A program made the position numbers and the translations under genes. Source: Felis catus (lineage: Eukaryota). Taken from it: a stretch of 64,000 bases of DNA. Under the pieces are notes generated by a model that did not search any database, was not told the origin of the DNA, and was given only the letters and a program-made list of their open reading frames with translations. The first letter of the stretch is position 1; each line of letters starts with the position of its first letter. Location: contig NC_058368.1 of NCBI RefSeq assembly GCF_018350175.1, forward strand, positions 142,664,001 to 142,728,000. Direction: 5' to 3'. Of this stretch, positions 53,030 to 64,000 are shown in pieces.

Positions 53030-54420
53030 CCCAGTCACGTCGGAGTGAGTCATGGGATCTTTCCCGGGGAGTCTTGAGTTACCCACAGACAAAATTTTCA
53101 ATAACTGTTGTAACTCAGCGGGTCGCTGGCATTGTTCGTGTGCTTCAGTGCAGTTGAAGCATTCGGAAGTTGCCTTTTCATATTTTATTTGGGTTTATTC
53201 CTACAATCACAAAGGCAGTATCTTCATTCGAGGATAGTATCTATTGTATTCGAAAATATTTATTGAGACGTATTCAGAAAGGCTTTGCATGAGAGCCCCT
53301 GTGAGCAGACGAGCACAGGGAAGGAGAGACTATGGAGAGAGCAGCTGCACAGACGGCCCGCAGGAGCAAATGGGGGCCAAGTTCACTGTGAATTTTCACT
53401 TGCAGCTGTGTGGAAAATACCTATGCTGGTGACTCAACGTCTTTGGACTTCTCGCTTTAAATTACAGCAGGCAAGAGAACATTTGCCAATGCTGAGCATA
53501 TAGGGAAGCTGGTAAACTTCAGCTAGTTTTGAGCCCGTCGGCTACCATGCACTGCAAAACAGAAGGGCAATTTGAAAGAAGGGATTCCTGTCACGATCAG
53601 GGCGTCCGGCGTAGTACCTGGACAGCTGGCAGGGCAACCAGACCTGTGGTTAGTAGAGATACCGCATCCATTTCCAATAATGGAAATTAGCTTCCTTCTT
53701 GTGTGACTTCACGCCAGGGGCTTGATTTTCTTTTCTGGAATGAGGTGTGCTCAAACCCAAAGTTATTGCTTGGCTAGCCCGTCATGGTCACGTGCAAACG
53801 GCAAGACGAGCGACTGTATCGTATCCACGCCGTTTCCCGGTTTTGTCTGGGAACTCTGTCTTTTGTAAAAGACCTTGCTGGTGTCCCCTGCTCCCCATCC
53901 CCCAACTTCCACCCTCCTCCTGGGCAGGCTGCTGGGACTGTATTTTGTCGCTTATCTAACACAAAATAAACAGAGCAATCTGGAGCTAATTTAAGTGGTT
54001 TACCATATCAGGATACAGCTGGGAAAGATTTTAAGAAAAAGGCCCAACAGGAACAATAGTGCTGTGAAGTTGGGCAGCGGTGGGGAGCACAGGAAGGCAG
54101 CTTCAGACAGCCTGGCAGACAGCTGTCAGCCACTCCAATAACAATCCCCGAGGCCAATGAAAACGGGCAGGGGCTGTGCGGGCAGCTCGGCAGAACACCA
54201 ACAATGAAAACAAGGGATTCGAGGGCGTTCGGAGTTGATGGTTCAAGCGTCAGGGCCACCAGTCTCCCGGGAGCCCTTTGCACAACTCCCAGGCAGCGGG
54301 GGCTGAAGAGGAATTGCAGATGAGGGGACAACACTTCATTTCTCCACAACACCGGCCAAGAGTTTTTTCTGACGTGCGTGCGTACACGCTGGCTTCATCC
54401 TGACTTATGAATCCAGCAAA
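53030..54420. promoter_or_regulatory. Candidate intronic enhancer (CpG-retaining, repeat-free, with E-box, AP-1 and CRE-like motifs)
   Basis: GTCACGTG 53787-53794, TGAGTCA 53046-53052, TGACTCA 53430-53436, TGACGTG 54370-54376; visibly more CpG than flanking unique DNA. Confidence 0.4.
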
Positions 54421-54941
54421 GCCTGCACAGGAACATCTGTTTTTGACATCAGTTTCTTCTGCTCTGCAGGCTGGCTGTCTTTTTAACTCTTTGGGGGCCT
54501 CTGGCTAGACCTTGAATTTCCTGGTACAACTTGACAGAGGTGAGAGAGGGCTGGAGGGAGTTAAATAAAGCTATGTGCTGCCCTTGAAAGAACTTGCAAA
54601 TGCTTTATATATTAAAACAACAACAAAAAACCGCACTTGGATCAAGCTCTTGACAAAAATCCAACCAATTAGGTAAACTGTATAGTCCTAGAGGCAGTGC
54701 CATTTTTGTGCAGAGAATGCTGAATTGGAAGCACCGAAACCTAGGCTCTAAATCTGCTTCTGCTTCGGGAAATACCCTTATCCTCCTCCATCATTCAATT
54801 CGGAATGCTAGTTCAAGCTCACGCCTTCCTTTCCGCAAGTGCTCAATTTCATAAAACTGTCCCTCTGATAGGAATAACCTTTGGGTCTATTATAGAACAA
54901 TTCTATTTGGTTGGGGATAACTTTATCAAAAAGGTTTTTTT

Positions 54942-55152
54942 TTTTTTAACGTTTATTTATTTTTGAGACAGAGAGAGACAGAGCATGAACAGGGGAGGGT
55001 CAGAGAGAGAGCAGGAGGCACAGAATCTGAAACAGGCTCCAGGCTCCGAGCTGTCAGCACAGAGCCCGACGCGGGGCTTGAACTCATGAACCGTGAGATC
55101 ATGACCTGAGCCGAAGTCGGACACTTAACCGACTGAGCCACCCAGGAGCCCC
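54942..55152 (-). mobile_element. CAN-SINE (first of a tandem triplet)
   Basis: TSD aaaaaggttttttt at 54928 and 55153. Confidence 0.94.
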
Positions 55153-55166
55153 AAAAAGGTTTTTTT

Positions 55167-55370
55167 TAATGTTTATTTATTTTTGAGAGAAAGAGAGAGA
55201 GTGTGTGAGTGGGGGGAGGAACAGAGAGAGAGGGAGACACAGAATCCAAAGCAGGCTCCAGGCTCTGAGCTGTCGGCACAGAGGCCTATGCAGGGCTTGA
55301 ACTCATGAACCATGAGATCATGACCTGAGCTGAAGTTGGACGCTTAACTGACTGAGCCACCCAGGCGCCG
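55167..55370 (-). mobile_element. CAN-SINE (second of the triplet)
   Basis: Full body directly adjacent. Confidence 0.93.
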
Positions 55371-55377
55371 CATCAAA

Positions 55378-55439
55378 TTATTTTTAAAATATTTATTTTG
55401 AGAGAGAAAGAGAGTGCAGGGGAGGGGCAGAGAGAGAGG

Positions 55440-55497
<58 letters not shown>

Positions 55498-55623
55498 CCT
55501 AAGCAGGCTCCACACTGCCAGCACATAGCCTGACTGATGCAGGGCTCAATCCCACGAACCATGAGATCATGACCTGCATGGAAATCAAGAGTCAAATGCT
55601 CAACCAACTGAGCCATCCAGGCG
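55378..55623 (-). mobile_element. CAN-SINE (third of the triplet) with long (GA)n
   Basis: Full body, more diverged. Confidence 0.9.
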
Positions 55624-55854
55624 GATTTAAATAATCTTTGTCTATGTTCTAAAGGAAGAAGAATCCCATTTGGAAGTTTCCATTAAAAAATATACAAATG
55701 AAAAAGTAGAAATTAAATATTTTATTATTCACTGTTCCATGTACTACTCCATCATATTTCACAAAAGATTGATTATTAAAATTTCCATCATAATAGAGTG
55801 GGTTTTAAGACTAACATTTCAGAATGCAAAAAGGCAGAGACACATGGATAGGTT

Positions 55855-56002
55855 TCCTTTTTGAAAGAGAGAGAGAGTGAATGAGAGAGCGGCAGAGAAA
55901 CGGGGAGAATCTTAAGCAGGCTCCATACCTGATGTGGGGTTCAATCCCACTGCCATGAAATCATGACCTCAGTCAAAATTAAGAGTCAGATACCCAACCA
56001 CC
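55855..56002 (-). mobile_element. Degraded CAN-SINE
   Basis: tggataggttt repeated at 55844 and 56003. Confidence 0.8.
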
Positions 56003-56178
56003 TGGATAGGTTTTGTAAGAGTAGAAAAGAATATAAAAACTTCTAAAGGGTAAAAGATGAGAAGGCAGGGAACTATACCCTTTAGAAAGGCAATATCCTT
56101 TCTGTTTCTATTTATGTACTATTCTTTCTATTTTCTAAGTTTGGACAATGATTGCTTCAAAAATATCTGAACACACTT

Positions 56179-56405
56179 GGGGCGCCTGGGTGGCTCAGTC
56201 AATTAAGCATCCGACTCTTATTTCGGCTCAGATCATGATGTCACAGTCTCGAGTTCAAGCTCCACATTGGGATCTGTGCTGGGCGTGCAAAGCCTGCAGT
56301 GGAATTCTCTCTCCTCTCTCTCTCTCTCTCTTTCTGCCCCTCCCCTGCTTATGTGCACACACACTCTCTCTCTTTCAAAATAAATAAGTAAACTTAAAAA
56401 TATAT
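56179..56405 (+). mobile_element. CAN-SINE
   Basis: Diverged TSD atatc(t/c)ga(a/g)caca. Confidence 0.92.
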
Positions 56406-56457
56406 ATATCCGAGCACATTTAAAAATCCAATGATCTGAAAATTTAAAATCCCTCTA

Positions 56458-56612
56458 AGACAGCTCTTAAACAATAGCACGTATCAGAATCTCCTAGGTT
56501 TGTTGCTGGGTCCCACCTCTAAAACTTCTGGTTCAAGGAGGGGCCTGAAAATCGGCATTTCTAACAAGTTCCCAGGTAATGATCCAGGCCCATGCTTTGA
56601 GAACCATTGTTC
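56458..56612. mobile_element. MER5A
   Basis: ggggcctgaaaatcggcatttctaacaagttcccaggtaat…ctttgagaaccattg. Confidence 0.8.
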
Positions 56613-58269
56613 CAGGGAGAGATGTGAGGGCCGACACATTAAAGTCAACCAGTTTTACTCGGTATCTTTTAGTGTTCTTTGGGATCACTGGTCAAGTGTG
56701 GCTGAATAGTGAGAGTGGAAAAATAAGCAAAAATACAAATGGGTACATGAATCAATGCCAAGTATTCATAAAAAGTCACACAAAGAGAAAATGGCTGACC
56801 CTTAACTTTTGTGAGGATTAAATGATAAAGGCAGTTACTTTCTGAAAGGCAAGATTGTTCTTAAGGATGAAAAAAATGTGGCAAAGGAGAAGGTTTTATA
56901 ATAATGAGTCTCTTGGTCTATACAATGCCAGTGTTTTTCATGCTGACTACTCTGCAGAACCACTTGGGAATCCAAATCTTTGGAGGGGGCCTTCTAGGTG
57001 ACTTGAAAATACAGAGAAGACTGTGAACCTGACTAGAAGAAAAGGGTATTTGAATTTCCATGATTGGACTACAGAATCTCAAATGGTATCTTAGAAATCA
57101 ACTTGAAGATGACAAGCTTAAGAAAGATTAAATAACATGTGAGAAGCTACACAGCTAGTTGGAAGCAAAGCCACAATTAAACTTCGTACCCTGAAGCCCA
57201 TCTCCATCTCTATCATGTTATTTGAATGCAGTGGTATTAAAAGACAGAAAAAGGTGGTAATTGGGGAGAATCTAAAATAGAGATCTCAGTACCCAACAGT
57301 AAGGTCAATGGTCATCTTGGAGATTTCAATGGCTTCATTCAAAGTATCTGTTTTAAAAACCGAGGAGTCAACACAAGCTTTCAGCAATTCTGAGCCTACG
57401 AGGGGTGATGTGACCAGGCCTTCACCATCTATAACCCACATGGTCACGGTGAGGTTGGCTAATACCGTTCTTGTAGTACATGAGACATATGAATTTTTAG
57501 AATAAGGAAAAAGAGGTAAAATGGACTGCGGCGATGCTGTCTGGAAGCCCTAACAGCTCACAGGCGAACTTCTCGCAAGCAAGCTCACTCTGGACACTCC
57601 AAGAGCGATATCACCACAGGGCACTTAGGTTTGCCAGAGGGAAGGTGAAGTCACGGAGTGATTTGGTGAGGCCCACAGCTTGTCTGTGACTCAGCCTACT
57701 TTGTGGGACTCAAAATGAATTAAAAATACATTTTAAAAGCTGTATCTTCCACCTGGTTCCCATCACCGTTTTTGGCTGGCAGGAAAAGGACCTGTCGGCT
57801 TTTATCTGCAGGAGGTAGAAAAGGGACAGCACATTTCAGGGAAAAGCAAATAAACACATTTGCCATGATGGTTTCGGGTTTACCAACACAGCAGGTGTGT
57901 CAGGAAGCACTGCACTGATCCAAATTATTGCAATAGCAACATTACACTCAATCAGGCAATGCAACATCACACGGCCAGAGAGAAGAAGGTATATTTTGAA
58001 CTTGTGATAGGAAAAAGAGGTCAGACAGGAGCTGCTCCAAATACCTGACCAAGGCACTTACATTTTATTGGAACTTGTCTCTCTTGGGACCAATCCTCAA
58101 TACCGCTATTCATTCCCACTTCTTGATAAAAAAAACAAACATACAGTCAGAAATTATTTTTAAAGAAGCTTTGCTGAAAGAATGAATATTCAAGGCATTA
58201 GAGAGAAGAATCAGTTATCGTTTTGATCACTTGAAAGCTTTTTTTTCATGCTTATTAAAAACATGCTGA

Positions 58270-58501
58270 GGGGCGCCTGGGTGGCACAGTCGGTTAAGCG
58301 TCCGACTTCAGCCAGGTCACGATCTCGCGCTCCGTGAGTTCGAGCCCCGCGTCGGGCTCTGGGCTGATGGCTCAGAGCCTGGAGCCTGTTTCCGATTCTG
58401 TGTCTCCCTCTCTCTCTGCCCCTCCCCCGTTCATGCTCTGTCTCTCTCTGTCCCAAAAATAAATAAACGTTGAAAAAAAAAATTAAAAAAAAAAAAAAAA
58501 A
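58270..58501 (+). mobile_element. Young felid CAN-SINE
   Basis: Perfect TSD aaaaacatgctga at 58257 and 58502. Confidence 0.96.
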
Positions 58502-59216
58502 AAAAACATGCTGAGCATGGGGGACAGGCCTCAGTGAGTCAATGGGATCCTCCAGGAATATTTCCCGGTCAGCCAGGGTAGTGCCTCCTTCACCAGACCT
58601 TTTCCTACCAGCCACTAACACGATGGGAGCTGGGCTTTTAAAATGTAGTTGTAATTCACTTTCGGTATCATAGAGTAAGCTGAGTCATGGCAAAAGCAGC
58701 TGTTTGGAATGGAGTTAGTATTTTTCCTCTCCTATTGTATGATGGAATCTATTTTATTTTATTCTCAAGTTGCTCACGCTATGATCAGACAAAAATGTCA
58801 TGGTTCTTATCAGTTTATTTTACAACAGTGAGTTAGAGCCTCTTGATCCACACTTCAACATAGACTTAGCATTGCACGTGTGTGTTTACATACTTGCCAT
58901 GTTAGATACACCACAATTATTCCCCGCCACTGTGCGTTTATGCCGAAATATCAAAGGGACCCAAATTGGTAGCCAAAGGACAAAAAACCTCTTTTCTAGC
59001 TGTAGTCACCCAGGTCATGATTTCTTAAAATGACTGCTACTATTAAAAATTATGGTTTTGAAGTATTTTTAATGTTAGAGAAATATTTACCATAGAAAGT
59101 TAAGTATTTACCTTGAATATAATGAATAATTTAGAGTTTTCTCTTTATATCGTTCAGTAGTTTTCTAGTTTTCTATCATGATCATGTATTATTTTTTTTA
59201 TCAGAAGCATGACTAA

Positions 59217-59580
59217 GGTCAGTCAGAGAAAGACAAATATCATATGACTTCACTCATATGTGTAATTTAAGATACAAAACAGATGAACATAGAGGAAAGG
59301 AAGCAGAAATAAGATAAAAATAGAGAGGGAGGCAAACCATAAGAGACTCTTAAATACAGAGAACAAACTGAGGGTTGCTGGAGGGAAGTGGATGGGGGGG
59401 AGTGGGAAACGGGTTATGGGCATTAAGCTGTGATGAGCACTGGGTGCTGTATGTAAGCGATGGATCACTAAAGTCTAGTCCTGAAATCATTATTATACCA
59501 TATGCTAACTAACTTGGATTTAAATTAAAAAGCAATAATATTAATTAATTAATTAATTAATTAATTAATTAATTTAAAAA
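59217..59580 (+). mobile_element. Carnivore/felid L1 3' end with (TTAA)n in the tail
   Basis: gtcagtcagagaaagacaaatatcatatg…gagaacaaactgagggttgctgg…tatgctaactaacttggattt; TSD agaag(c/a)atgactaa at 59203 and 59581. Confidence 0.92.
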
Positions 59581-59974
59581 AGAAGAATGACTAAAGTGTT
59601 TTTTTAAAAATTAATGAAGATACTACAGATTTCTTTCACAAGTTGATATTAAATTTAAAATAAGTGTGGCTTATTGTATAATAACTGCTCTGGTAATCCA
59701 AAGGTTAGAAAATATTATTTTAAATGTTAATTTATAAAAAAGAAAGAAATGAACTAGGGTACTTTTTTTAGTGAGAAAAGTAATATTTTAGAGCCAAATT
59801 ATTTCAAAACTATAAAATGAAAGAAGCCCTCGGTGTCTCCAGCAACCTTTACCGCCACATTTTGTTGGAACAGGATGGTCCATATACCACAATGGCGTGA
59901 CCCACAAATACTTGAAGCCACATGGCACCAAGATACTTTATATTCATTATACTTCATGAACATTTGCTTCTTCT

Positions 59975-60167
59975 TTGTTTTTTTAATTTGAGAGAGAGAA
60001 AGCATGCACACAAGCAGGGGAGAGGAACAGAGGGAGACAGAGAATTTTAAGCAGGCGCCACACTTGGCACCGAGCCCAGCACGGGACTCAATTCCAAAAC
60101 CCTGGGATCGTGACCTGAGCAGAAATCGAGAGTCAGATGCTCAACCAACTGAGCCACCCAGTTCCCC
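59975..60167 (-). mobile_element. Older CAN-SINE
   Basis: tgaacat repeated on both sides; diverged body. Confidence 0.88.
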
Positions 60168-61654
60168 TGAACATCTTCTTATGGATATTAAACGTTCCTG
60201 TTAATTTTCCAGGTAATTTGCCAACCAATAGACTATTTTCTTCAGCTCCTGAGCTGCTTTTCATTCCTTACTTGTGTAGTTTTGACTAGAAGAGGCCTAA
60301 TTCAATTCTGGCGGAAATATTCCCTTATGTCCAAAGATCCGGTCTTCCCTAACAATGTGCAACCACATATTGGTTTCGGTTGCCCATTCATTTCCTGGAT
60401 ACTTTTATCTGATCATTCGTTACTTGACCAACTAACTACTGCTACCACCTCAGCTGAGACAATTTATCTGGGTGGCCTACCTAGGCCCTTGGCTTCCTTT
60501 TTTGAACTCCCTCAGTCATGGCATAAAGGGCTTTTCTGAGCTGTACTGATACTGTAACTAAAAGGAAACTGGTGATTTCAAGAATTTCTACACTGAGGAT
60601 CGTGATTAATACAACTCTCAAGTCAGTCTGAGGCGAGCTAACTACACACTAAGAGAAAAGATGCCCGAGAGGCAGAAACAGGGAAGGTTAAATAGCTTCC
60701 TATTCAACCCAAAGACTATATTAATTGGGGGGAAAGAAATAAAAGGAGGGAGAGGATGTGAAATAGAAGCTAAAATGAAGCCTGACATCTGTCAGATCTA
60801 AATGGTGTTTACTTATGTACTACAGTCCTTATGTAACCTTTGTAACTTCATTTACACTTTGAGATTAGCACTACTACAAATATCCTCTATTATGAATGAT
60901 TCATGGTAAAATTACTAAAGTTTTAGATGAGGTTAACGTGCAGCAAGTAAGGCACGACTTCCATAAAATTTAAAATATTCCAGAAATGTATGAACATCGC
61001 ATGGGTAAACAGTTAACAATAATCACACTACCCTACATTTTCTTTTAAGGCTCTCAGCAGGTCTGTGAGGGCTTCCCATGAAGGTTCTAAGACAGGTGGA
61101 GGCCAAGGTATGTCAAGGTGCCATGATTATTGAGAAAAAGAGAAAGGGCCTCCCTGGCCTGTTCTACTCCAGAGCAAAGAACATAGACCCGGGCACATGG
61201 ACAAGCTTTCTTTATCTAAAGCCAAGAGCAGACATGACCCAATTTCTGGGTTAATGTGGTCAAATACTAAATTTGCCTGTCTTCTAGGAATATTCAGGTA
61301 GAACAAGAGGTCACTGAGATAATGACTCTAATGACTCCTCCCCCCAAGACTACCTATGTTTCCTTCCCATCCCCAAAGTCAGCCTTCTTTTACTGATGAA
61401 AACCAAAAGAAAGAAGCTAAAACATTGATTTGTTCTGCAGATGAAATGTTACCTTAATGCCAAGTTTTCTCCGTGAGATTTATAATTTTCCTATTGAATT
61501 ATATCATGTATCATGCCCTAAAAGCAATGTCAGTGTCCAAGGAAATCAGAAACAGAGCAAGGAATTAGGAAAGAACTTAGTAACTACAGGTAGTTATTCA
61601 TTCATGGAAGGGGGGAACTATAAATGCATTTATGCCTATACATATGTTTTGCGT

Positions 61655-62000
61655 TATCAAACATTAAAATATCAGCCTACTGTGTGCCAGTGTTCCAAGC
61701 ACAGGGGACACTGTGACAAATAAGACGACAAGGCCCCAGATCCCGTGGACCTTAATTCTGATGAGGAAGACAGATGACAAACAAGTACAGCCAAAACAAC
61801 CAGAGAGATAATTCTCACTGTGATAAGTGCTACGAAGAAAACCAAACACTGTGATGTGACACACAGTGAGGGGGGCAGGGAGGGGCAACACCAGATGAGG
61901 GGCTGACTTGTGAGCTGTTACTTAAAATGACAAAGCATCAGTGGCCTTGTGAAGGGCAAGAGAAGAGAATGCCCAACAAAGGAACTCAAGTTCAAAGGCC
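61655..62000 (-). mobile_element. L2 fragment
   Basis: cctactgtgtgccagtgttccaagcacaggggacactgtgacaaataagac…gataagtgctacgaagaaa. Confidence 0.8.
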
Positions 62001-62732
62001 TTCCCTAATAGAATATTAGGACTGTAGGGTACATTGTGTCAAAGCTTCTTTTAAATTAAAGACTCTATCAACTATATTCCTGATAATTTTCTGTTGTCAA
62101 GAAAACCTAAGCTAAGTGATATCTAGCAGTAAACCACAAAGGAACTTGTGTGATTATCATCACTTTTCCCTTATCTGTACCCCATCCATCTACTTAAATT
62201 AATTTCACTGAAATTTATTATATGAAAGGATACATGTTCACATGTGTTTGAATGCGGTTATGTTTCAAGGTGGTAAATCAAACCACAGGTTCAAGGGGAA
62301 TTGAGGAAAACTGAACAAAACTCTTTAATCAAATTTGGCCAAAATCAGTTAATTTTGTAGAGACTTATAATGCAGCAAACCAAGAGACAGGCACAATCCC
62401 AACTGTTAGCACACTTCCTCATGTTGGCCCATCTCACTCACATCATGAGATAGCCCTAAAGACAATTATTCATAATTTTTAACCGTAACTTTGATTCAGG
62501 TATAGAGTAGATTTATTAGTAAACAGTAATTTATTGTTTCTCTTAGGAAAAGTGTCTCCTCTATGTAGCAACTAAATACATGAAATGCCATTCCACAGCT
62601 AACATATTTGCACATCAGGAAATTCTGATGGTACTTTAATGTTACTAAAACTACCATTCTTAATACTTCCATTAGCTGTAGCCAGAAGCCTTACAGAGGC
62701 AACACATGGTCAATTTTTAAAATGAAGTTTGT

Positions 62733-62763
62733 GTTTTGTTTTGTTTTGTTTTGTTTTGTTTTT
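62733..62763 (+). repeat. (GTTTT)n microsatellite
   Basis: Direct read. Confidence 0.85.
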
Positions 62764-62884
62764 AAGTGGAATTACACATATGGACACTTTTCAGGGATGT
62801 TCCCATTTAGTTTACAGTAGAATGCATCGAATTTGATTTTTAAGGGTCTTTCATGTATATCTAAGACATTTTATTTTAGAATAG

Positions 62885-63116
62885 GTTTTTTTTATTTAAA
62901 AAAAATTTTTTTTAACGTTTATTTATTTTTGAGACAGAGAGAGACAGAGCATGAACGGGGGAGGGTCAGAGAGAGAGGGAGACACAGAATCTGAAACAGC
63001 CTCCAGGCTCTGAGCTGTCAGCACAGAGCCCGACGCGGGGCTTGAACTCACGGACCGTGAGATCGTGACCTGAGCTGAAGTCGGACGCTTAACCGACTGA
63101 GCCACCCAGGCGCCCC
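62885..63116 (-). mobile_element. CAN-SINE (SINEC_Fc-like) inserted in an old L1 end
   Basis: TSD tagaatag(g)tttt at 62877 and 63117. Confidence 0.95.
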
Positions 63117-64000
63117 TAGAATAGTTTTAAGTGTACAGAAAGTTGCAAATATAATACACAGGGTTCCCGTATACTCCACACTCGGTTTCTTCTATGTTTA
63201 ACATCTTACATTAATTAGGCTTATACATTTTGGGGCCCAAAACACCCAATCTCAATTTCATGTGCACACATACACACACAGTTGAAGAACTTTCAATCCA
63301 ATATAGTATGTCTTGTGTGGTTTAGTGTGAAAATTTTAATCTTTAATTTAACCTTAATCTTTAATTTAACCTTTTCTTAATGTCTAATTTTTAAAAAAAT
63401 GTTAGAATAATAATTTATTAAATAAAGTAATTCTTCTCCAAGCATTTTTAGATCCAAAGCATTTTTTTTTATCAAAAGGTCACTACCAAATAATTGTCTA
63501 ATTAGCAAAAACATTTTTTTCTCAGCTCAGAAAAGGAATTGGAAATTACAACGATAAAAGGGTGCTAATTGGGTTTTCATAGAAGCGTGAAATGCTAAAG
63601 CACTTTTTTTTTGTTTTGTTTTACTCCTTGGCTAGGCTAGAAAGCCTAATTTGGTTACCCAAATTAACCCTTTACCTCTTGCGTGACAACACCAATATCA
63701 AGTGCTGCAGTTCAGTAGCAGAAGAGAAACAAAACAGTCAAGTTAACTTTGAGATTTTTCTTAAGAGTGCAATGTCTATATGGGCACAATTTCAATACAA
63801 GAAACTAGGAACCCTATTCTCCAGTCTGGGAGAAGGAAAGGGACATGGAGTGGGGATAATGATACCTGACAGCTCTCTTGGGAATTTCTGCCACAACTTC
63901 AGCAGTTAGGGTGCATCCTGAGGTGCCAGTGAGCCTATCACAGCCCAGACTGGAGAGTAGTCAGGACAGGGCACACTGTGGGGACCACACAGCCCTTAGG

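Overview
Mammalian (felid) genomic DNA lying entirely inside the arylsulfatase B gene (ARSB, N-acetylgalactosamine-4-sulfatase, the MPS VI gene), which is on the minus strand. Only two coding exons are present. The 244-nt exon at 32588-32831 equals human exon 5 (D300-S381) and the 71-nt exon at 8868-8938 equals human exon 6 (S381-C405). Both have canonical AG/GT ends and matching phases, and a 23.6-kb intron separates them. The rest is intron: about 40 carnivore tRNA-derived SINEs (CAN-SINE/SINEC_Fc-like, which point to a felid), L1 fragments of several ages, L2/MIR relics, an MLT1 LTR, MER33/MER5/MER47/Tigger2 DNA-transposon derivatives and long purine microsatellites. I found no evidence of a new gene system. 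The most unusual structures read directly from the sequence are: (1) a near-full-length fossil hAT-Charlie transposon with TIRs, a TSD and a readable decayed transposase (25760-28009); (2) a felid L1 carrying an apparent ~155-bp 3' transduction, inserted into a SINE tail just upstream of exon 5; (3) a candidate intronic polyadenylation site behind the weak exon 5 donor; (4) a strong unannotated in-frame splice acceptor at 44374; (5) a CpG-retaining intronic segment with a CLEAR-like E-box. Repeat subfamily names come from recalled consensus sequences, not from a database search, and boundaries of old repeats are approximate.
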